The translations under genes and the position numbers were made by a program. The notes under the pieces are model-generated. The model had not been told where the DNA came from. It worked only from the letters and a program-made list of their open reading frames with translations, and did not search any database. A stretch of DNA of 63,300 bases, filler included, from Acidimicrobiia bacterium (GTDB lineage: Bacteria > Actinomycetota > Acidimicrobiia > Spongiisociales > JAENVV01), in assembly GCA_041577335.1 (NCBI GenBank). It is 4 parts of 3 records of this genome, joined end to end, with 100 filler letters (N's around TTAATTAATTAA, not from the genome) between each part and the next. Parts side by side here need not be neighbours in the genome. Positions count along the whole stretch, not along the records: positions 43,457 to 63,300 come from JBFGJH010000004.1; 3 more parts are not named here. One strand, 5' to 3'. Below are positions 61,065-63,300 of the stretch, piece after piece; the first letter of the stretch is position 1, and every line of letters starts with the position of its first letter.

Positions 61065-61200
61065 TAGTCCCCCCATCATCAAGACGGAAGACAAACACCG
61101 CCGACCACAGACGCGATAGCCGATCAATAGTCCCCCCATCATCAAGACGGAGGACAAGCACCGCCGACCACAGACGCAGTGGTTGACCAATAGTCCCCCC
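61065..61200. repeat. 63-bp-period tandem repeat (two units plus the start of a third)
   Basis: TAGTCCCCCC starts at 61065, 61128 and 61191; 50-bp core with 2 differences. Confidence 0.9.
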
Positions 61201-61367
61201 AGCTTGGCTGGGGGGAAGGTACCGCAGACCGCCGCCAGGCGGGCTGGGGTAGGGGGGCCATGCTGCCACCTGGATCGTCACCCCCCTACCACTGCTCCGT
61301 GCTTCGCACTCACCCTGTCCCTTCGGGACAGGCAGTGGTACCTTCCCCCCGCAAGCCGGAGGACTAT
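61190..61367. repeat. REP-like family C inverted doublet (copies 3 and 4)
   Basis: 61190-61257 on the minus strand; variant copy at 61281-61367 on the plus strand. Confidence 0.8.
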
Positions 61368-61430
61368 CACCAAAGCGCCCGGCCCTCTCAACAACAGCTG
61401 CGCCCGCCGACCTCAGTTCGCGTGTTGTGC

Positions 61431-62510
61431 TCACTTCTTCACCTCGACGACGATCCCGCCGACGTAGGCCTTCGCCAAGAAGGCTTCTTGGGCTGCAACC
61501 ATCTGGTCGAGAGGAAACGTCTGAGCCACGATCGGCTTGATCTCGCCTCGCTCGATGTACCCGACCAGATTGGCGAAGACCTCGGGCGGCAGAACCGTCG
61601 CGCCGTGCAGGGTGAGGTCGTGGAGGTAGAGGGTGCGAAGGTCGAGCGCGACGATGGGACCGCCGATGGCGCCCGCGGTGGTGTAATGCCCACCCCGGCG
61701 GATGGTCTCCAAGAGCGGCGCGAACGAATCCCCTCCCACAACGTCGGCAAACACGTCGACAGCACCGGTGGCGTCGCGAACTGCTTCGGCGAGCGCGTCG
61801 ACGTCACGATCGAGCACAACGTCGGCGCCGATCGCCCGCACTGCTTCGGTCTTGGCCAAACTCGTGACCGCAACGACCTGAGCACCCCGTCGCTTGGCGA
61901 GCTGGATCAGCGCACCCCCAACACCACCAGACGCGCCAGTGACGAGCACCCACTGCCCCGCCCCCACCCCCGCGCGGTACAACATGTGCTCGGCAGTGGC
62001 GTATGAACATGGAAAGCTGGCCAGCTCTACATCGCTGAGATCGGTCTCGATGGGATGGGCGTTGCCGGCCGGCACCTTCACGTATTCGGCATATCCGCCA
62101 TCGACCTCTGAGCCGAGGTAGCGAGCGTTTTCGAGGATCCCGCGCGGGTCGCGGAGCCAGGCATCCACGAGGACGCGTTGCCCGATGCAGCCGGCGTCGA
62201 CTCCATCTCCCACTGCCACGATCCGCCCGGCCGGATCAGCTCCTTGAATCCGGGGGAAGCTGAGACCCCCGCCCCATGAGCCGTCCGTGTCGGAGTCGGC
62301 CGTGTCTTCTCCGGTCGCCGACGTGACTGCCTTGGAGTACCAGCCGGTGCGGGTATTGATGTCGGTGTTGTTCATGCCGCAGGCCGAAACCTCGATCAAT
62401 ACCTCTCGCGGCTCGGGAACGGGCACCGGCACGTCCTCCCGATACTCGAGTCTGTCGAGGCCACCATGGCCCGTGAGGAGGACTGCTCGCATACGGTCTG
62501 GGAGGGTCAC
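61431..62510 (-). CDS. Medium-chain dehydrogenase/reductase
   Basis: NNTDIN, PRIQGAD, GGYAEY and TGASGGVG motifs. Confidence 0.9.
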   Translation of the reverse strand: MTLPDRMRAVLLTGHGGLDRLEYREDVPVPVPEPREVLIEVSACGMNNTDINTRTGWYSKAVTSATGEDTADSDTDGSWGGGLSFPRIQGADPAGRIVAVGDGVDAGCIGQRVLVDAWLRDPRGILENARYLGSEVDGGYAEYVKVPAGNAHPIETDLSDVELASFPCSYATAEHMLYRAGVGAGQWVLVTGASGGVGGALIQLAKRRGAQVVAVTSLAKTEAVRAIGADVVLDRDVDALAEAVRDATGAVDVFADVVGGDSFAPLLETIRRGGHYTTAGAIGGPIVALDLRTLYLHDLTLHGATVLPPEVFANLVGYIERGEIKPIVAQTFPLDQMVAAQEAFLAKAYVGGIVVEVKK

Positions 62511-62521
62511 CTGGTGTCCTC

Positions 62522-62902
62522 CTACTCGGCGTCCAGGTCGGCAAGCACCCGCCGGGCAATCCGGAAGCACTCCACGCCGGCAGGAACTCCTGCGTAGATG
62601 GTGATCTGGTGCAGAACGCTGCGCAGCTCGTCGCGACTGAGTCCGTTGGTCATGGCCCCTCGGAAGTGGATCTCCCACTCGTTCATGCGTCCGAGGGCGG
62701 CGATCATTCCCAGGTTGATCAAAGAACGGTCGCGGCGGCTGAGCGTTTCGTCGGCCCAACCGAAGCCCCAACAGAACTCGGTGACCATCTCCTGGAATTC
62801 TCGGTTGAAATCGTCGGCCGCCGCCAGATTCGCCTCGACGTATTCCTCACCCAGGACTGCCTTCCGGGCGGCGAGCCCGCGCTCGAATCGTTCCGTTGTC
62901 AT
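62522..62902 (-). CDS. Carboxymuconolactone decarboxylase family protein
   Basis: RKAVLG.EYV, CWG, RDRSLINL and IYAGVPA motifs. Confidence 0.9.
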   Translation of the reverse strand: MTTERFERGLAARKAVLGEEYVEANLAAADDFNREFQEMVTEFCWGFGWADETLSRRDRSLINLGMIAALGRMNEWEIHFRGAMTNGLSRDELRSVLHQITIYAGVPAGVECFRIARRVLADLDAE

Positions 62903-63300
62903 CTGCTCCCTTTCATGGTCCGACAGGCCTGGTCGACCGCTTCGATCGTCTTCTCGAAATCTTCGTCGGTGTGCGCCGACGACACGAACCTACGCAGCCC
63001 GGCGATCAGGTTGATCCCGTTGTGCATCAGCGCGGTGTCGAACGCCACGTTGGCAGCCCGGTCGCTCGCCAGTAGATCGGCGTAGCTGGTTGGCGGCTCC
63101 GCCATGTGCAGGATCTGCCACAGTGAGCCGACGGTCTCGACAATGGCCGGGTAGGCATGTCGGTCGAGCGTTGCCCGAGTCGCACCGACCAGGTGCTCGG
63201 TGCGAGCTGACAGTGTTTCGTAGAAGCCGGGTTCTCGGATAATGGCCAAGGTTGCGAGGCCGGCGGCCGCTCCCAGCGGGTTTCCGTGCAGAGTGCCGGA
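62899..63300 (-). CDS. Class III aminotransferase (GSA-aminomutase-like), 5' part outside window
   Basis: SGTLHGNPLGAAAGLATL and FVSSAHT motifs. Confidence 0.85.
   Translation of the reverse strand, partial: SGTLHGNPLGAAAGLATLAIIREPGFYETLSARTEHLVGATRATLDRHAYPAIVETVGSLWQILHMAEPPTSYADLLASDRAANVAFDTALMHNGINLIAGLRRFVSSAHTDEDFEKTIEAVDQACRTMKGSR

Noticed and set aside
61065..61200. Possible mini-CRISPR array
   Set aside because: Only two 50-bp units with 13-nt variable parts, and no cas genes. The geometry does not fit CRISPR.

Overview
GC-rich actinobacterial DNA. Gene content suggests an Acidimicrobiia-like metagenome assembly (inference). It consists of four unlinked contigs joined by artificial N/TTAATTAATTAA/N spacers (4221-4320, 20709-20808, 43357-43456). 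Contig 1 holds a housekeeping manB-trm112-PGI/PMI-ahcY operon and a partial GT2. Contig 2 holds UPF0182 and then the most unusual locus, about 14 kb long. That locus has a stand-alone carrier protein, a flavin-dependent halogenase-like enzyme, a sulfotransferase, GT4, a DegT aminotransferase and TauE. It also has three paralogous SGNH-like proteins with Cys in place of the catalytic Ser plus one degenerate copy, two lipoyl-fold proteins with a basic insertion where the lipoyl-lysine should be, and two secreted membrane-anchored SGNH-like proteins. Contig 3 holds a cupredoxin/beta-helix/two-domain multicopper oxidase cluster, an ABC-2 exporter, lipid catabolism genes, a GcvT/MttB-family methylated-amine operon, ychF and a membrane-anchored CHAT protease. 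Contig 4 holds a three-gene DNA methyltransferase/nuclease-like operon, a candidate structured sRNA, arsR-arsM, an orphan FrhB-family gene, PadR, a DrrAB-like exporter and a catabolic operon. Several families of intergenic palindromic repeats recur, one with compensatory base changes. No rRNA, tRNA, CRISPR array or transposase was seen. All calls come from reading motifs by eye; no database searches were run.
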